DNA of 64,000 nt. It comes from Candidatus Poribacteria bacterium. Its GTDB lineage: Bacteria > Poribacteria > WGA-4E > PCPOR2b. The notes under the pieces were generated by a model. That model was not told where the DNA came from. It saw only the letters and a program-made list of their open reading frames with translations, and made no database searches. A program made the translations under genes and the position numbers. The stretch spans positions 3,776,001-3,840,000 of the forward strand of contig OZ244587.1 of assembly GCA_965218095.1 (NCBI GenBank), given 5' to 3'. This document shows, piece by piece, positions 51,320-63,389 of this stretch (position 1 is its first letter; each line of letters opens with the position of its first letter).

Positions 51320-54300
51320 CTAAACAAGACCGTGCTCTTCCATGATCTGCCGAATCTCTTCGATGGCTGAATCGTCGGCGTCAGTCCGCCCAAGCAGATC
51401 CATCGCCTCATAAAAATGGGTTCGAGCTAGGTAAGCCCCATCCGCATGGTAGCCAGGCTCGCTCTGTAGATAGATTTCTGCCAACCGTCGATGAATCTGT
51501 GCCATCATCCCCTCATCCTCCGCTTTGCCCGCAACGACCAATGCAATCTCCAGGTTTTCAATCGCCGCTTCCCAATCCTGCTTCGCACGGTAGATTTGCG
51601 CAAGGTTCATATAGTTTCGTGCCACCAGAGTGTCGAGCACTAGCATCTCCGCTGTTTTTAATGACGCCGTGCCCGCCTCCAGCGCAGCCTTGATGTCGCC
51701 TTTCGCCAAATAGGCTTGGCACAGGTACTCACCCCCGACTGCGCACCCAATCTCATCGTCCGCTTGCATGCGCACCTCGATATTCTTTTCGTAATGTTCG
51801 ATTGCCAAGTCGGTATGCCCCTGCTGTTGGTAGATCCTGGCGAGGTAAACGTGGACATCCCCGATGAGCTTGTCGCTGCTACCGTGTGCCGCATATTTCA
51901 ATGCGTTGTGTAAATGAAGTCGGGCATCCTCCAGCTCTTCGATTTCCTGGTAGACGAGTGCTAGGCTGAGGTAGGACCGCGATAAGGTGTTCAGGTATTT
52001 CAACTGTTTTTCGATCCGGATGCTTTTCTGGTAACATTCAATCGCTCGACCCGGATAATTGGACGCCCGAGCAATTACGCCTAAATCGTTGTAAAATATA
52101 GATAGCAGATCACGGGCGCCGACTCGTTCAGCATATTCAACACCCGCTTGCAAATGCCCCTCTGCGGATTTCAGATCGCCGGTTTTGGTGTAGTAAGATC
52201 CGAGCCGTCCATGCACGCGCGCCAGCAGGTTTGGCGTGGCCGATTCGGGGAGAACCGTCAGGGCACCTTGCCCCGCATGGATTGCTTGTGTGAGGTCACC
52301 TTGCTGAGAATACACATACCCGAGATGATTGCAAATTTCCCCAAGCAACTCTAAAGTTGAACCCTCGCCGGTAAGATCTTCAAGTTGTTCAAGGATTTCC
52401 TGTGCAGATTTTAGCGATTCCAACGCGTCATTCCACGCAGATTGATGAATGTAGACCTCAGCGATTCTGTGTTTAATATCTGCTTGTGCGAATTGGGCGG
52501 ACGGATCGTTTTCCTCGCTGAGGTCAAACAGTTTATTATAACTCGTCAGGGCGTCATTATAACGTCCGATTGCATGGAAAACATCTCCTAACCCATCGTG
52601 GATTTCCCACATCTCTTCGGGCGCCTCCTGACCTGTGTTGCGGAGGAGATCTAACGCCTGCTCATAGAAATCGATTGCATCCGTATTGTTGAAGCATCGC
52701 CGTGCCCGATGTCCCGCCTTTGTGAGATACTCAATCGCTTTAGAGACTTTGTAGCTCCGTGAATAGTGGAACGCGAGCAGTTCATAATGTTCTGCCATGC
52801 GTCCTGTTGTTTGTGCTTCGAGCGTCTGCGCAATCCAGTCGTGGTGCGCCATACGCTCCTGCTCGGGAATGCTAGCGTAAACGATATTGGCGATCAACGC
52901 CCGTTCTAAACGGTAAGATAATTCGTCATCCGTAGGCTGATACTGAATGAGCCCCAGATTTTGTAGGTTCTGAAGGTGATAATCCAGATGCGGAATGAAA
53001 TCTGCCATTTTCCGCAACAAGTCGAGGCTCAAAATCACGCTGAGTACGGACGCATACTGTATAATCTCCCGTGCATTGAAGTTAAGCCGATCTATTCGCG
53101 CGCGAAGCACACCTTCAAGGGTGTTTGGGATAGAGATCGAATCGACCTCCACCGTAACAAGCCATTTGTTGTCATGCCTGATGAGAATTCCATCCGCAAG
53201 CAGTAGCTTAACAATTTGGGATAGATGAAAAGGGTTCCGATTCGCTCTGTGTAAAATGAGCGTTTTGAGCGACTCTAGCATACCTTCCCCGGGGGTGAGA
53301 TGATCCAAGAGATCGGTACTCTCTTCAAGCGACATCCACTCAAGCATGATACTTTCATAACGGTCCGGCACAATTTTCATCGCGGAATCGCGCAGCCACC
53401 AATCCTGTGAGTAGGACAGGCATAAGAGGATAATCGGCGTGTCCGAGAAAGCATCAAGAAGGAAGATGATAAGGTTTTTAGAAACATCGTCGATCCAGAG
53501 CAAATCGTCCAGCGCAAGCACAATCGGCTTGCGCCGGGCAGCCGCCACAAGCACATCCCTGATTGCTACGAAGGTTTGCCGTTGAAGCTGTTCATAAGGG
53601 AGGAACGCGGTTTTGTTATTGAATTGCCCATCCACTAAAAGTAGAAACTCAAGATAAGCCTGCATCTCATCAACTGAAAAGACCCAATCGATTGCAGCAT
53701 TGTTATGTAGTGCTTCAAGTTCAGCGCGTAGACTCGCTTTGAGATCGCTCATCGAGAGAGAACTGTCGATATTGAGAATGTGTTCCAAGATGGGCACGAA
53801 CACAGCATAACTGCTTTGCCGCTTTTCCGGGGCGCAACGACTTGTGACCCACAATACGCGATCTTCAGGACGTTCTCGGAACTGAGCCATGAGGCGTTCT
53901 CGGAACTGAGCCATAAGCTGATTTTTCCCTATGCCAGCGCTGCCAACGAGTGAGACGATGCGCCCTGTTCCTTTTGCGATGAGTTCGCTCGCGTACACTT
54001 GCAACCGGCGGCGTTGAGATTCGTGTTGCAGGAAAGTATCGCCAGAACGCCGGATATGGCGGGGCGTTCGTCGGCCGCACAATCGATAGGGTTGAAGCGA
54101 ACTACCAGCCCTTTCCATTTCAATTGGTGGCAATAGGGAATAATCAAAGTTGGCATGGGTCAGCTTATAGGTATTCGTATCTACCCAAATTTCTCCCGGT
54201 TTAACGTTACTACCCAAAGCCTGCACTGTTTTGAAGCGGGGGTCAACCTGAGAATATTCAACAGTTTCGTCCGAAATATCGCTAACAACCACTGTCCCTG

Positions 54301-55564
54301 TGTGAAGTGCAGTTTTCACCTCGAAGGGGCTGCCCCATCCCTCGCTCATACTGAGAAGCGCATCACGAATTTCGATTGCCGCGTGGATTGCTTGTTCAGC
54401 GTCGTTAATGTGGGAAATCGGCGCGCCGAAGAAGCCCGAAATCTCGTTGCTCGAAGCACGATTAACGAGCCCTCCGTGTTTGAAAATAATTTGGGCAATT
54501 GCATCTGTTATTTGCTTGATTGTATCGACGCCTGGGACAGTATATTCTGGAAGCAAAGTGGGCTGCGACTTCCTTTCGACTGACCAGACGGGCGGTTCCT
54601 CACCCCTCTGTCCCTGAGGCACGGTATCAGCGTTATCAACCCCGAATGCCTGTGCAAAATCCACATTGAGCACAGTCACAACTTTACGCTCACCTTCAAT
54701 CTTACCCTGTTCCTTCCGCATTTGGGCTCTAAGGTTTTCTGGCGCCAGTTGATAGGCGCGGTTCTCCTTCTGATCTTCCGCTGCAACTGCTTCTTTTGCC
54801 TTGATGACCACGAGTGTCATGTCATCATAACGCGACTCTCCCGTATAATTGAGAACATCTTGCAGGATGAGATCCGCCAGATCTTTTGCATCCAAGTCAA
54901 TGTTATCCGAAACAATACCCGGCAAACGAGAAAAACCATACGTTTCGCCCATGTCGTTTCGGGCTTCATCAATCCCGTCGGAGTATAACACGATTGCGCT
55001 ATTGGAGGGAAGTTCGATAACCTTGTCAACATAGTCGAATCCGAGCTTTGTACTCCCTAGTGGGAAACCTCCAACCTCAATCTCCACACACTCGCCGCTG
55101 GAGGTCAACATCAATGGGTAGGGGATTCCGGCATTGGTAATCGTCAGCGTTCGCTGATAAGAATCAAGCACGGCATAGGTCAGTGCAACCGGCTTGCGCT
55201 GCGCCACATCACCCAGCAGTTGTTGGTTGAGAGCGCCCAAAACCGATGTGGGCGAGGATGAGGTTTTGACCGCCATTCGCAATGCACTCCGCGTGAGTGC
55301 CATGACCATCGCGGCGGACATGCCCTTTCCTGTGACATCCCCCAACACAATACCCCACCGATCTTGATCGATGGGCACAAAATCGTAGAAATCACCGCTC
55401 ATCTCGTTCGCAGGCAACCAGGTTGCGGCAATGCCAAATTGGTCCAATACCGGCGGCAGCTTGGGCATCATGCTCCGCTGCAATTCCTGGGCGAGTCTAA
55501 GCTCGTCGGCTAAACGCTCAACATCGTCGAACGCCAGTTTGATTGAATCGAGTTGGTCTTCCAT
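51320..55564 (-). CDS. SpoIIE/PP2C phosphatase-degenerate cyclase-STAND ATPase-TPR protein
   Basis: SGDFYD, GDVTGKG, YSDG, DDMT; GERKVVTVL...[15 protein letters not shown]; [26 protein letters not shown]; C-terminal TPRs. Confidence 0.88.
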   Translation of the reverse strand: MEDQLDSIKLAFDDVERLADELRLAQELQRSMMPKLPPVLDQFGIAATWLPANEMSGDFYDFVPIDQDRWGIVLGDVTGKGMSAAMVMALTRSALRMAVKTSSSPTSVLGALNQQLLGDVAQRKPVALTYAVLDSYQRTLTITNAGIPYPLMLTSSGECVEIEVGGFPLGSTKLGFDYVDKVIELPSNSAIVLYSDGIDEARNDMGETYGFSRLPGIVSDNIDLDAKDLADLILQDVLNYTGESRYDDMTLVVIKAKEAVAAEDQKENRAYQLAPENLRAQMRKEQGKIEGERKVVTVLNVDFAQAFGVDNADTVPQGQRGEEPPVWSVERKSQPTLLPEYTVPGVDTIKQITDAIAQIIFKHGGLVNRASSNEISGFFGAPISHINDAEQAIHAAIEIRDALLSMSEGWGSPFEVKTALHTGTVVVSDISDETVEYSQVDPRFKTVQALGSNVKPGEIWVDTNTYKLTHANFDYSLLPPIEMERAGSSLQPYRLCGRRTPRHIRRSGDTFLQHESQRRRLQVYASELIAKGTGRIVSLVGSAGIGKNQLMAQFRERLMAQFRERPEDRVLWVTSRCAPEKRQSSYAVFVPILEHILNIDSSLSMSDLKASLRAELEALHNNAAIDWVFSVDEMQAYLEFLLLVDGQFNNKTAFLPYEQLQRQTFVAIRDVLVAAARRKPIVLALDDLLWIDDVSKNLIIFLLDAFSDTPIILLCLSYSQDWWLRDSAMKIVPDRYESIMLEWMSLEESTDLLDHLTPGEGMLESLKTLILHRANRNPFHLSQIVKLLLADGILIRHDNKWLVTVEVDSISIPNTLEGVLRARIDRLNFNAREIIQYASVLSVILSLDLLRKMADFIPHLDYHLQNLQNLGLIQYQPTDDELSYRLERALIANIVYASIPEQERMAHHDWIAQTLEAQTTGRMAEHYELLAFHYSRSYKVSKAIEYLTKAGHRARRCFNNTDAIDFYEQALDLLRNTGQEAPEEMWEIHDGLGDVFHAIGRYNDALTSYNKLFDLSEENDPSAQFAQADIKHRIAEVYIHQSAWNDALESLKSAQEILEQLEDLTGEGSTLELLGEICNHLGYVYSQQGDLTQAIHAGQGALTVLPESATPNLLARVHGRLGSYYTKTGDLKSAEGHLQAGVEYAERVGARDLLSIFYNDLGVIARASNYPGRAIECYQKSIRIEKQLKYLNTLSRSYLSLALVYQEIEELEDARLHLHNALKYAAHGSSDKLIGDVHVYLARIYQQQGHTDLAIEHYEKNIEVRMQADDEIGCAVGGEYLCQAYLAKGDIKAALEAGTASLKTAEMLVLDTLVARNYMNLAQIYRAKQDWEAAIENLEIALVVAGKAEDEGMMAQIHRRLAEIYLQSEPGYHADGAYLARTHFYEAMDLLGRTDADDSAIEEIRQIMEEHGLV

Positions 55565-55589
55565 TGAATGCTCTCAGAATTTGAATCAC

Positions 55590-56278
55590 TTCTCAAAAAT
55601 AACTGTATATACGTTTCAAGGGCATATACAATATCATCCAGTTGTTTCCGTGTCAGATTGGGCTGGTAGTCAAGCAACTCGCGATAACAGACCGCTTTGA
55701 GTTCTGACGGCTCAAAGCCAGCGGGATTCATGAAAACTACTAGAGCACATACCACTGAGTTATCTTTCTGTAAGTATTCCCGCGCCGATAACATGGGGAA
55801 ACTGATGCCCGTGAATTGGCAACTCAAGCGAGTTTGATGCAAGCTGATCTGGCATTCCTCTTGTGTGAGTCCATCTTTGAGTAGGTAGTTGCAGAAGGCG
55901 AAGGAAGGAGAAGATGCGTTTCCGATCCTGCCACGCAAGAAGCTCTGATAAGGAAAAGGAATCTTGACGCTCCCCTTACGATTTCGCGGGTATAGATCAG
56001 ACACTGATAACCGAGCATTCGCACCGGAAAGTCGAACTGTTTCTGCTGCTGCGATTCAAAGTGGATTAACACAACTTCAGACGGCTTTTCCTTCACCCGG
56101 ACTTCGATTAGGAGATCGACCGATCGTTTAGCGCCTTCGGGAGAGGCAGTGTAAAGCTCTTTGTTGAGATCTCTTTTCTGAGAGAAGTCTATCGCCGCGC
56201 GAGGTCTGGGAAGAAAAGTTCCACTATTTCTTCCAGAAAGTCAATGGCGAGTTCTTTCATGAACAGATCTAGTCCTAT
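55590..56278 (-). pseudogene. Rpn/PD-(D/E)xK transposase-like pseudogene
   Basis: MKELAIDFLEE...IDFS...KELYT...VDLLIEV...LIHFESQ...FPVRMLGY with several frameshifts. Confidence 0.65.
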
Positions 56279-56548
56279 GATTTTCGTTTTGGCGTCCCCG
56301 TTTAACTAACTATAGATTTTAGCACAAGCATAAGCAGAATACAAGCGAAAGGGAGTGTACTATTACTAAACCTTTGAGAACCCGCATCGGAACTGAAAAA
56401 TTAACGTTGCAAACCCCTGGTCGCTGGATCGATGCGCCAGATGGAACAGATCTTCTTTGGGAGTCGGAAAATAATGAACCATGCCTGTCTCGTTTTCGCT
56501 TTCTGGCACATTTTGATTTTACTTCGTTGCGTCAGGATGATACCCTTA

Positions 56549-57479
56549 ACCCAAGTTGCTAGTAATTGAAAATCCATGGGTTTTCCGTTAAAGTAGAGGT
56601 AATCCAAACCATAATACCTCAAAGGAGAAACCAAAGGAGAAACCCATGGACATACAAATTGCAACCATTTTCTATCTCTGTGACAAGCTCTTAGAAGCAC
56701 TCAACTCAAAACCACACCCACAAACGCAGATGTCTGATGCCGAAGTCATGACCACCGGCATCGTCGCTGCGTTGTTCTTCGGGGCAAACTTGCAAACCAC
56801 TTGTGACTTTCTAAAGACTCATGGCTATATACCCAAGATGCTTTCAAAAAGTCGATTAAACCGATGTTCACCACATTGTTCAAAATCTTGGGACGAAGCT
56901 ATGTGCAACTTAATCAACAGAAAATCTATGCACTGGATACCATACCAATTGCTGTTTGTTCCGCATTCGTCGGTCAAAAATCTACACCGATAAGGCATAT
57001 CGAGGCTATCAAGCGTCCAAACGTCGGTATTTCTATGGCTTGAAAGTTCATCTGCTAGTGACTGCGAGTCGACACCCTGTTGAATTTTTTGTGACCCCAG
57101 CCAGTACAGGGGACGTTGAAGGGTTACAGTGGTTTGACTTCGACTTGCCACCGGGCTATGGTGACAAAGCATACAATAATTATGAGATAGAAGATATTGT
57201 TACATCAGTCGGAGTCGAATTAAAGCCAGTACGCAAGAAGAATTCCAAGCGGCTGTATCCACCATGGGAGACCTACTTGGCTAATTACCATCGTAAGTCT
57301 GTTGAGACGGCTGGCAGTTTGATTAACAAACTGCTTCCACGTTCAATCCATGCAGTAACGCGACACGGATTTGAATTGAAAGTGGTCTTGTTTGTATTGG
57401 CTAGCAGTATCAATCAGCTCTGAGTTCACTCACATATTCAGTTCACTCACATATTCGATGAATAGGTCGCAACTTGGGT
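56549..57479 (+). mobile_element. IS982-family element B (frameshifted)
   Basis: IRs ACCCAAGTTGC / GCAACTTGGGT with 8-bp duplication TACCCTTA; MSDAEVMT, YFYGLKVH, GDKAY, RKSVET. Confidence 0.92.
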
Positions 57480-57538
57480 TACCCTTATATTGTCATTCGT
57501 GTCAATACCTTAGCTTATGGAACAATATCAGGAGGCAA

Positions 57539-58195
57539 ATGATGGCTACAAATGGAAAAATCCACGCTTTAGTGATTACCGGCGGACACGGTTTCCAAGA
57601 AGAACCGTTTTGGGACATATTCAATAGTTTTGAGAACTTCAGTTATGATGCTGTTACCTTCCCCGATGCGTTTAAGTACCTGAGCATCGAAGGCACAGAG
57701 GATTATGATGCGCTCGTATTCTACGATATGTGGCGGGAGATCACCCCTGCGCAGCAGGCAGCATACCTTGATTTGCTGAATCACGGCAAAGCGATTGTGT
57801 CACTGCATCACGCATTGATTTCGTTCCCGGATTGGGATGAGTACAAACGAATCGTGGGCGGGGTTTGGAAGAGAGGAGAAGGCACGGTGAAACACGACGT
57901 TCAGTACACCGTGCAAATCGCCGCCCCCGATCACCCGGTGACAAAAGGGCTTCAGGATTTCGAGATCGAAGATGAAACCTATGGCAATTATCACGTCAAT
58001 CCCGATGTACATGTCCTCCTCAAGGCGAACCACCCAGAGAGCGCCCCGGTGATTGGTTGGACGCACCGATATGGCAACTCCCAAATCGTCTACATCCAAC
58101 TCGGACACGATAGGCTCGCCTATGGAAATCCGGGTTATCGCAAGTTGATTAATCAGGGGATTCGTTGGCTGGCGGATTGTGTGAAAGGGGGGTAG
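57539..58195 (+). CDS. ThuA-like (class I GATase fold) protein
   Basis: AGGAGG RBS; ITGGHGF, HPVTKGL, DETY, YIQLGHD, GIRW. Confidence 0.85.
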   Translation: MMATNGKIHALVITGGHGFQEEPFWDIFNSFENFSYDAVTFPDAFKYLSIEGTEDYDALVFYDMWREITPAQQAAYLDLLNHGKAIVSLHHALISFPDWDEYKRIVGGVWKRGEGTVKHDVQYTVQIAAPDHPVTKGLQDFEIEDETYGNYHVNPDVHVLLKANHPESAPVIGWTHRYGNSQIVYIQLGHDRLAYGNPGYRKLINQGIRWLADCVKGG

Positions 58196-58535
58196 GTATT
58201 GGGGAGTTCAGGGATACAACGATTGGAATTTCTGTATCCCTGAACCCTTGAAACGCATCAAGCGTGAATTTCGAGATTGATACTTTATGTGGAGAAATCA
58301 TATAATAATCAATAGCGTAGATTGGGTAGTCTCCCCTCTTGCGTGTTGCTGATTGATATTTAACCACCAATACACCAAGGCGCGAAGGTTTCAATAAAGA
58401 CCGGTTTGAAAATCTTGGTGACTTAGTGTCTTCGTGGTTTTCCGGGGTTAGCAACACTTAACAAGGGCACCACCGTAGATTGCCATTTGACACTAAAGAG
58501 GATTGTCATTTCAAACCAATCGCGGTGGGGAAACG

Positions 58536-58598
58536 ATGAAACAGTATCAAATTGTTGTGGATACCAACGTGCTAATTGCGGGGCTGCGTTCCCGCCGC
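58536..58598 (+). pseudogene. N-terminal stub of a PIN-family toxin
   Basis: MKQYQIVVDTNVLIAGLRSRR, then similarity is lost. Confidence 0.55.
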
Positions 58599-58805
58599 TG
58601 TCTCCCGATTGACCGGTGCGAAATCGCCCTGCCAGCAATCACTTGCACCTTGCCACAAGAGGTATCTTAGTTTGGCAAATGTCATCACGGTGAAACAGGT
58701 AGCTGATGCTTTGAAGATTGCGATGGAATCGGATTGATGAGTCTGATTCCATAAACGGAATACATGAAAGCTGGCCTTCGGGCTGTCCGTCTTTTCTATC
58801 ACGCT

Positions 58806-59795
58806 TCACGTTTCACGTTTCACGTTCTTCAGTTTTTCGACAGCGTGAAACACCTGCGCAACAGTTATCGCTTCAATGACCGCGCAACTGTCCGCCCCAC
58901 AGCCACCGGGATTCCTACCGGGGTGACACGGATTACAACCGAGCTCGACGCCACTTTCAACGACGATGTGCTCCTCTCCATAGGGTCCACTGCGGTGATG
59001 GTTCGTCGATCCGAAAACGGCGACGACAGGCGTTCCGACCGCCGCCGCGATGTGCATGGGACCTGTATCGTTGCTGATATAGAAATCACATGCTTCAATG
59101 AGCGCAGCAACCTGACGCAAATCACGTTCTTTAATGCTGATTGGCTGCCAGCGCGTCAGATTGGCGACTTGTGCTTGCAATAGATCTTCGTCGGGACCGG
59201 CAAACAGCAAAATCTGGGCGTTCCATTTTTCGTGCAACACGTCCGCAATTCCCGCAAAATTCTCCGCCCCCCACAGCTTGTAAACCCAATTCCCACCGGG
59301 GTGAATCCCAACCAAAGGGCGATCCCAATCAATTCTGTTTTCCATCAGAAATCGATCGCGGCCTGCGATTTCCTGCTCGGTGAGTTGAAGCTGTGGTCGC
59401 GCACCTTCCGTGTCAAGCCCATGCCGTTGAAGCACATCAAGGTAACGGGTGACGGCATGAATCTCCTTCCCCCTTAATCGCATGCTCCAACGCTTCCCCT
59501 CAACGAGCCGCGACCAGATACTATCCCGGAGGTCAATGACCAGATCGAACCGCTCACGACGCAGGGCTTTGATTAGGTGGACTTTCCCTCGCCAACCGGC
59601 GTGTTCACCGCGATTGTCATAAGCGAGAACCTGATCAATCTGTGGGTCGCCGGACAAAAGATTGAACGCCTGGACACCAACGAGGAAAGCAATCTTCGTA
59701 TCGGGGAAATAATGGCGCAATGGGTGAATCACTGCTGTCGAGAGGACAGCGTCGCCGATGAAACTAAAACTGAAGACCAGAATTTTTTCGATCAC
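58806..59795 (-). CDS. GT9 glycosyltransferase (LPS heptosyltransferase-like)
   Basis: IGDAVLST, GIHPGG, NDTGPMHIAAAVGTP, FGST, CNPC. Confidence 0.92.
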   Translation of the reverse strand: MIEKILVFSFSFIGDAVLSTAVIHPLRHYFPDTKIAFLVGVQAFNLLSGDPQIDQVLAYDNRGEHAGWRGKVHLIKALRRERFDLVIDLRDSIWSRLVEGKRWSMRLRGKEIHAVTRYLDVLQRHGLDTEGARPQLQLTEQEIAGRDRFLMENRIDWDRPLVGIHPGGNWVYKLWGAENFAGIADVLHEKWNAQILLFAGPDEDLLQAQVANLTRWQPISIKERDLRQVAALIEACDFYISNDTGPMHIAAAVGTPVVAVFGSTNHHRSGPYGEEHIVVESGVELGCNPCHPGRNPGGCGADSCAVIEAITVAQVFHAVEKLKNVKRET

Positions 59796-61050
59796 CGCAT
59801 CAATATCCCTTTGTCGCTGGCAAACGCTTCAATCATCTTGACCGCAGCGGTTAAACTATCTTCCATGTTGATTTTCTGCCCCAATGCCCTCGCCTTCTCC
59901 GGCATCGACTTTGAAGAGATAACTTTGCTAATGCGCTTCGCTATTCGTTTGGGGGTCATGTCTTGACGATGGAGGGGGTTGGGGGCAATGCCAAGTTTGT
60001 GTAAGGTATGCCCCACAGTTGATCTCCCAGATGCGGGATGATGATGGAGGGCACGCCAGCCCGGCAAGCAGCGGCGGTCGTGCCTGCGCCGCCGTGATGA
60101 ACCACGCAACATCCTCGGCGAAAAAGAAAATTGTGAGGGACATATTCAGCAAAACAGATTGATTCAGACGGCTCATCCAGTCCCAAATTTCCCCAACTTG
60201 CTTGAATGATAGCGTGTTGACCTGTGCGTTGAACAGCTTCGATGAGAATTCTCGTGGTTTCGATGCTTTTACTTCCGCCCATTGAACCGAAGGAGATGAT
60301 CATTGGAAGTGAGCCTTGACCTAAAAACCCCTGAAGTGCAGGTGGAACTTCATAATCCGGTTCTTCAAGAAACCACGCTCCCGTGAATTTATGTTTGGCG
60401 GGCAAGTCGGGACGCGGTTTGCTGATACTTGGCGAAGCGGCGATGAAATTTAATTCAGGAGAATACATGCTGTCTAAACCGATGAGCTCCCGCTTCTCCC
60501 CGCCAATGGAGGTAATAAAGTCATTGAACAGTGGATCGACCTGCTTCCGTATGAGCCATTCCACCAGTTTCCAAACCAACGCATTTAACGGCACACCGAG
60601 ATTCGGTATCGGCGTGGGCGCGTCATACAAAGTTTTGATAAAGCCGGGACAGTAACTCACCGTGATCCAAGGCAATTTATTCCGGATTGCTGCTTCCTGG
60701 CCCGGTACATCAGCAGAATAGCAGATCGCGAGGTCATACCCCTCCATCCCCTTGAGGTGGTCCTGGCACCATTTTTCCGCTTTGTACAGGATGCCTTCTT
60801 TTGCAATGAAGACCGCTGATTTCAGGGGATTTTTTATTTTGACGATAGCGTCCATTGCTCGATGCAGCCGCTCCGGATCAAAAGGAACACCGACTGCGTA
60901 GAAGTCAACCCCGTGTTTAGTAAATCGATCGCGATAAATTTCTGATGTACAAACACGAACTTCATGGTCGGCTTTTAATAATCGCTCGGAGAGCGCGAGG
61001 AAGGGTTGGACGTTGCCGGTTGACCCCCATGTGCTGAGTACAATTCTCAA
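59792..61050 (-). pseudogene. GT1 (sterol glucosyltransferase-like) glycosyltransferase, frameshifted near 60012
   Basis: TWGSTGNVQPF, SFGSM, VHHGGAGTT, HLGDQ; C-terminus (GHTLHKLGIAP) is in another frame and abuts the GT9 start. Confidence 0.8.
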
Positions 61051-61101
61051 TTCAAGACGCCTCCTTTCCTCTCATCTCTTGACCTCCCAATTTCCCAACT
61101 T

Positions 61102-62364
61102 TCATTTGGTTGCCCCGTACAATTGAATTTGACTGCCTTTGCGTTCAAGGATGATAAACTGATCAGAAAACTCGATTGTCTCAGGGAGATCTTTTACCGC
61201 CCCGACAATTTCCGGCACGCCATCCCCGTTCAGATCGCCCACCGCAAGTCCTTCACCGAAGATTGGCGGCGTTTGCCAAACAAGCCGGGGCGTGCTTTTG
61301 TCAATATGGTACACTTGCAGATGCCCCTCCAGATCAACGATAGCAATTTCGCTTGTGGATTGATGGATCTCTGCCATGCGTGTGGCGATCGAATGGTAAT
61401 CGACAGGCAAACGGCAGGGGTGTTTCAGGTGAATCTTTCCCGCTCGCCATACCCAACAGTTCGTCGATCGCCCCCGATATGTCAGTTGATCGGCGGTAGT
61501 CTCCCCAACGATTAGCCACTCTCTGCCTTGAACCAGAAACATGGGCTGCTGTTCGACGATTGTCGTCTGCTTATCACTACCCCATTCCACCTGCCAGGTC
61601 TGATCCGGTGGGACGCTGATATAGATCTCATCCAGGTCATCTCCATCACGGTCTGCGGGAAGTATTCTCCGTCGCGTCCGCTCCAAAATCGGCGTCTCAG
61701 CGTCACCATATTGGATCTCCGGCAGGTCGAAGTGTTTCCAAAAATTGAATCCGCTCCATTTCAAGACTTTCACGCGCTTCTCGTCTGCAACCACCAGTTC
61801 ATTGAACCCGTCTCCGTCGGCATCTGCAACTTCAATTGCCAGGGCAAAATAGTCCATATCCGGTAAGCTCCGCCACTTGAGGTAGTAGGGTTGAAGTTTC
61901 GCAGCAGGAGTTGTTGTATAGACCGCAGCCAACACAGCCGAGGGTGACAACTGATAATCGGCGACATATCGAGGATTGCCTGTCTCTGCATCCCACAAAA
62001 ACAGATTGACATTCATAAACGGTGCGAGATCGGCGACATGCCCCGTTATCAGCCACCGACACGCCAGAGATTCACCGTACCGTTTCGCTTGTTTGGGTGT
62101 TAACAAACCACCATACGTGGAAAACCGATGCCAATCCGAACGATCCATTCCGATGAAGTGATTTCCGGTGTTGCTTCCCAACCGAGAGGCAAGCAGACTT
62201 GTCAAAACATGGCAAATCGCTTTGAGCCTAGTTTCCACCGCATTTAAGGGAATCAATGTGACTCGGTCCTCGCCGAAATCCTCTGGTAGTTGCGCAAAGA
62301 GCTCACCGGCAATGCCATCTACCGCACGGTTCAGATCGCTATCGGGGACAGCAAAAGCTATCAC
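61102..62364 (-). CDS. FG-GAP/VCBS repeat protein (possibly internally deleted or truncated)
   Basis: DADGDGFNEL, DRDGDDLDEI, GDLNGDGVPEI; signal-like segment in frame upstream. Confidence 0.7.
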   Translation of the reverse strand: MIAFAVPDSDLNRAVDGIAGELFAQLPEDFGEDRVTLIPLNAVETRLKAICHVLTSLLASRLGSNTGNHFIGMDRSDWHRFSTYGGLLTPKQAKRYGESLACRWLITGHVADLAPFMNVNLFLWDAETGNPRYVADYQLSPSAVLAAVYTTTPAAKLQPYYLKWRSLPDMDYFALAIEVADADGDGFNELVVADEKRVKVLKWSGFNFWKHFDLPEIQYGDAETPILERTRRRILPADRDGDDLDEIYISVPPDQTWQVEWGSDKQTTIVEQQPMFLVQGREWLIVGETTADQLTYRGRSTNCWVWRAGKIHLKHPCRLPVDYHSIATRMAEIHQSTSEIAIVDLEGHLQVYHIDKSTPRLVWQTPPIFGEGLAVGDLNGDGVPEIVGAVKDLPETIEFSDQFIILERKGSQIQLYGATK

Positions 62365-62530
62365 TATAAGATGGCAAAAGAGGATAAAAACAGCGATAGG
62401 AAAGCGAACTTCAGTTTTAAGGAAATCCCAAATCTTCAGGAGGTATTGCGTACTGCGTATTTTTTACGCAATACGCAATAAGCAATACGACAGATGATAT
62501 ATTGCGCATCACTTATTCAATCACTCATTA

Positions 62531-63314
62531 GGACGTGTTGACATTTATGGCATAATAACGATATGTCAACACTTACCTTATCCGATAATCAATGGTCAAA
62601 AATAGCAGCATTCCTGCAAACCTGTTCCGATGTCTACACCGGACAGCAAGCGAACTTAAAACGTTTTGTCCAAGCAGTGCTTTGGATAACTCGTAGTGGT
62701 AGTCAATGGCGACTCCTACCAAAAGAGTACGGCAGTTGGAACAGCGTCTATAAACGATTCGCTTGCTGGTGCGATAAAGGCATCTTCCAATGGCTGCATC
62801 AACACTTTGTCAACGACCTAGATATGGTGACAGTACCATCTGCCGCGCTCACCCCTGTGCTGCAGGGGGTTTGAAAACAAGTGGCGGTCAAGCCTCACAG
62901 GTACTCGGACGTAGTGCGGGTGGATTTTCAACCAAAATTCACATCACGGTTGATGGCTTAGGCAATCCATTACGTTTTGCGCTGACGGCTAGACAACGCC
63001 ACGCCATGACTTGTGCAGAAGGGTATAGCAGTGAGTATGTGATAGCCGACTCAGCGTATGACGCGGATTCATTGGTGCAGTTGATAACCCGTATGGGTGC
63101 AGAGCCAGTGATTCGTCCCCGTATCAACCGCCGTGAGTCACGAGACTATGATACGCATCTGTACCGAGAGAGACATCGGGTGGAATGCTTCATCAACAAA
63201 ATCAAGCACTATAGGCGTATCTTCAGTTGTTTTGATAAGTTGGCGGGTCGCTATTTGGGGTTTCTGAGTTTCGTTGCTGCGATTATCTGGTTACGATGAA
63301 ATGTCAACAGAACC
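62531..63314 (+). mobile_element. divergent IS5-family element (frameshifted)
   Basis: IRs GGACGTGTTGACATTT / AAATGTCAACAGAACC with TA flanks; transposase homologous but diverged, deletion near 62826. Confidence 0.9.
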
Positions 63315-63389
63315 TAGTCGTTACTCTTCACACATCACGCTTCACGTTAAAGTTTATCTTGACAAAAAAAGCCGGGTGTGAGATTATAA

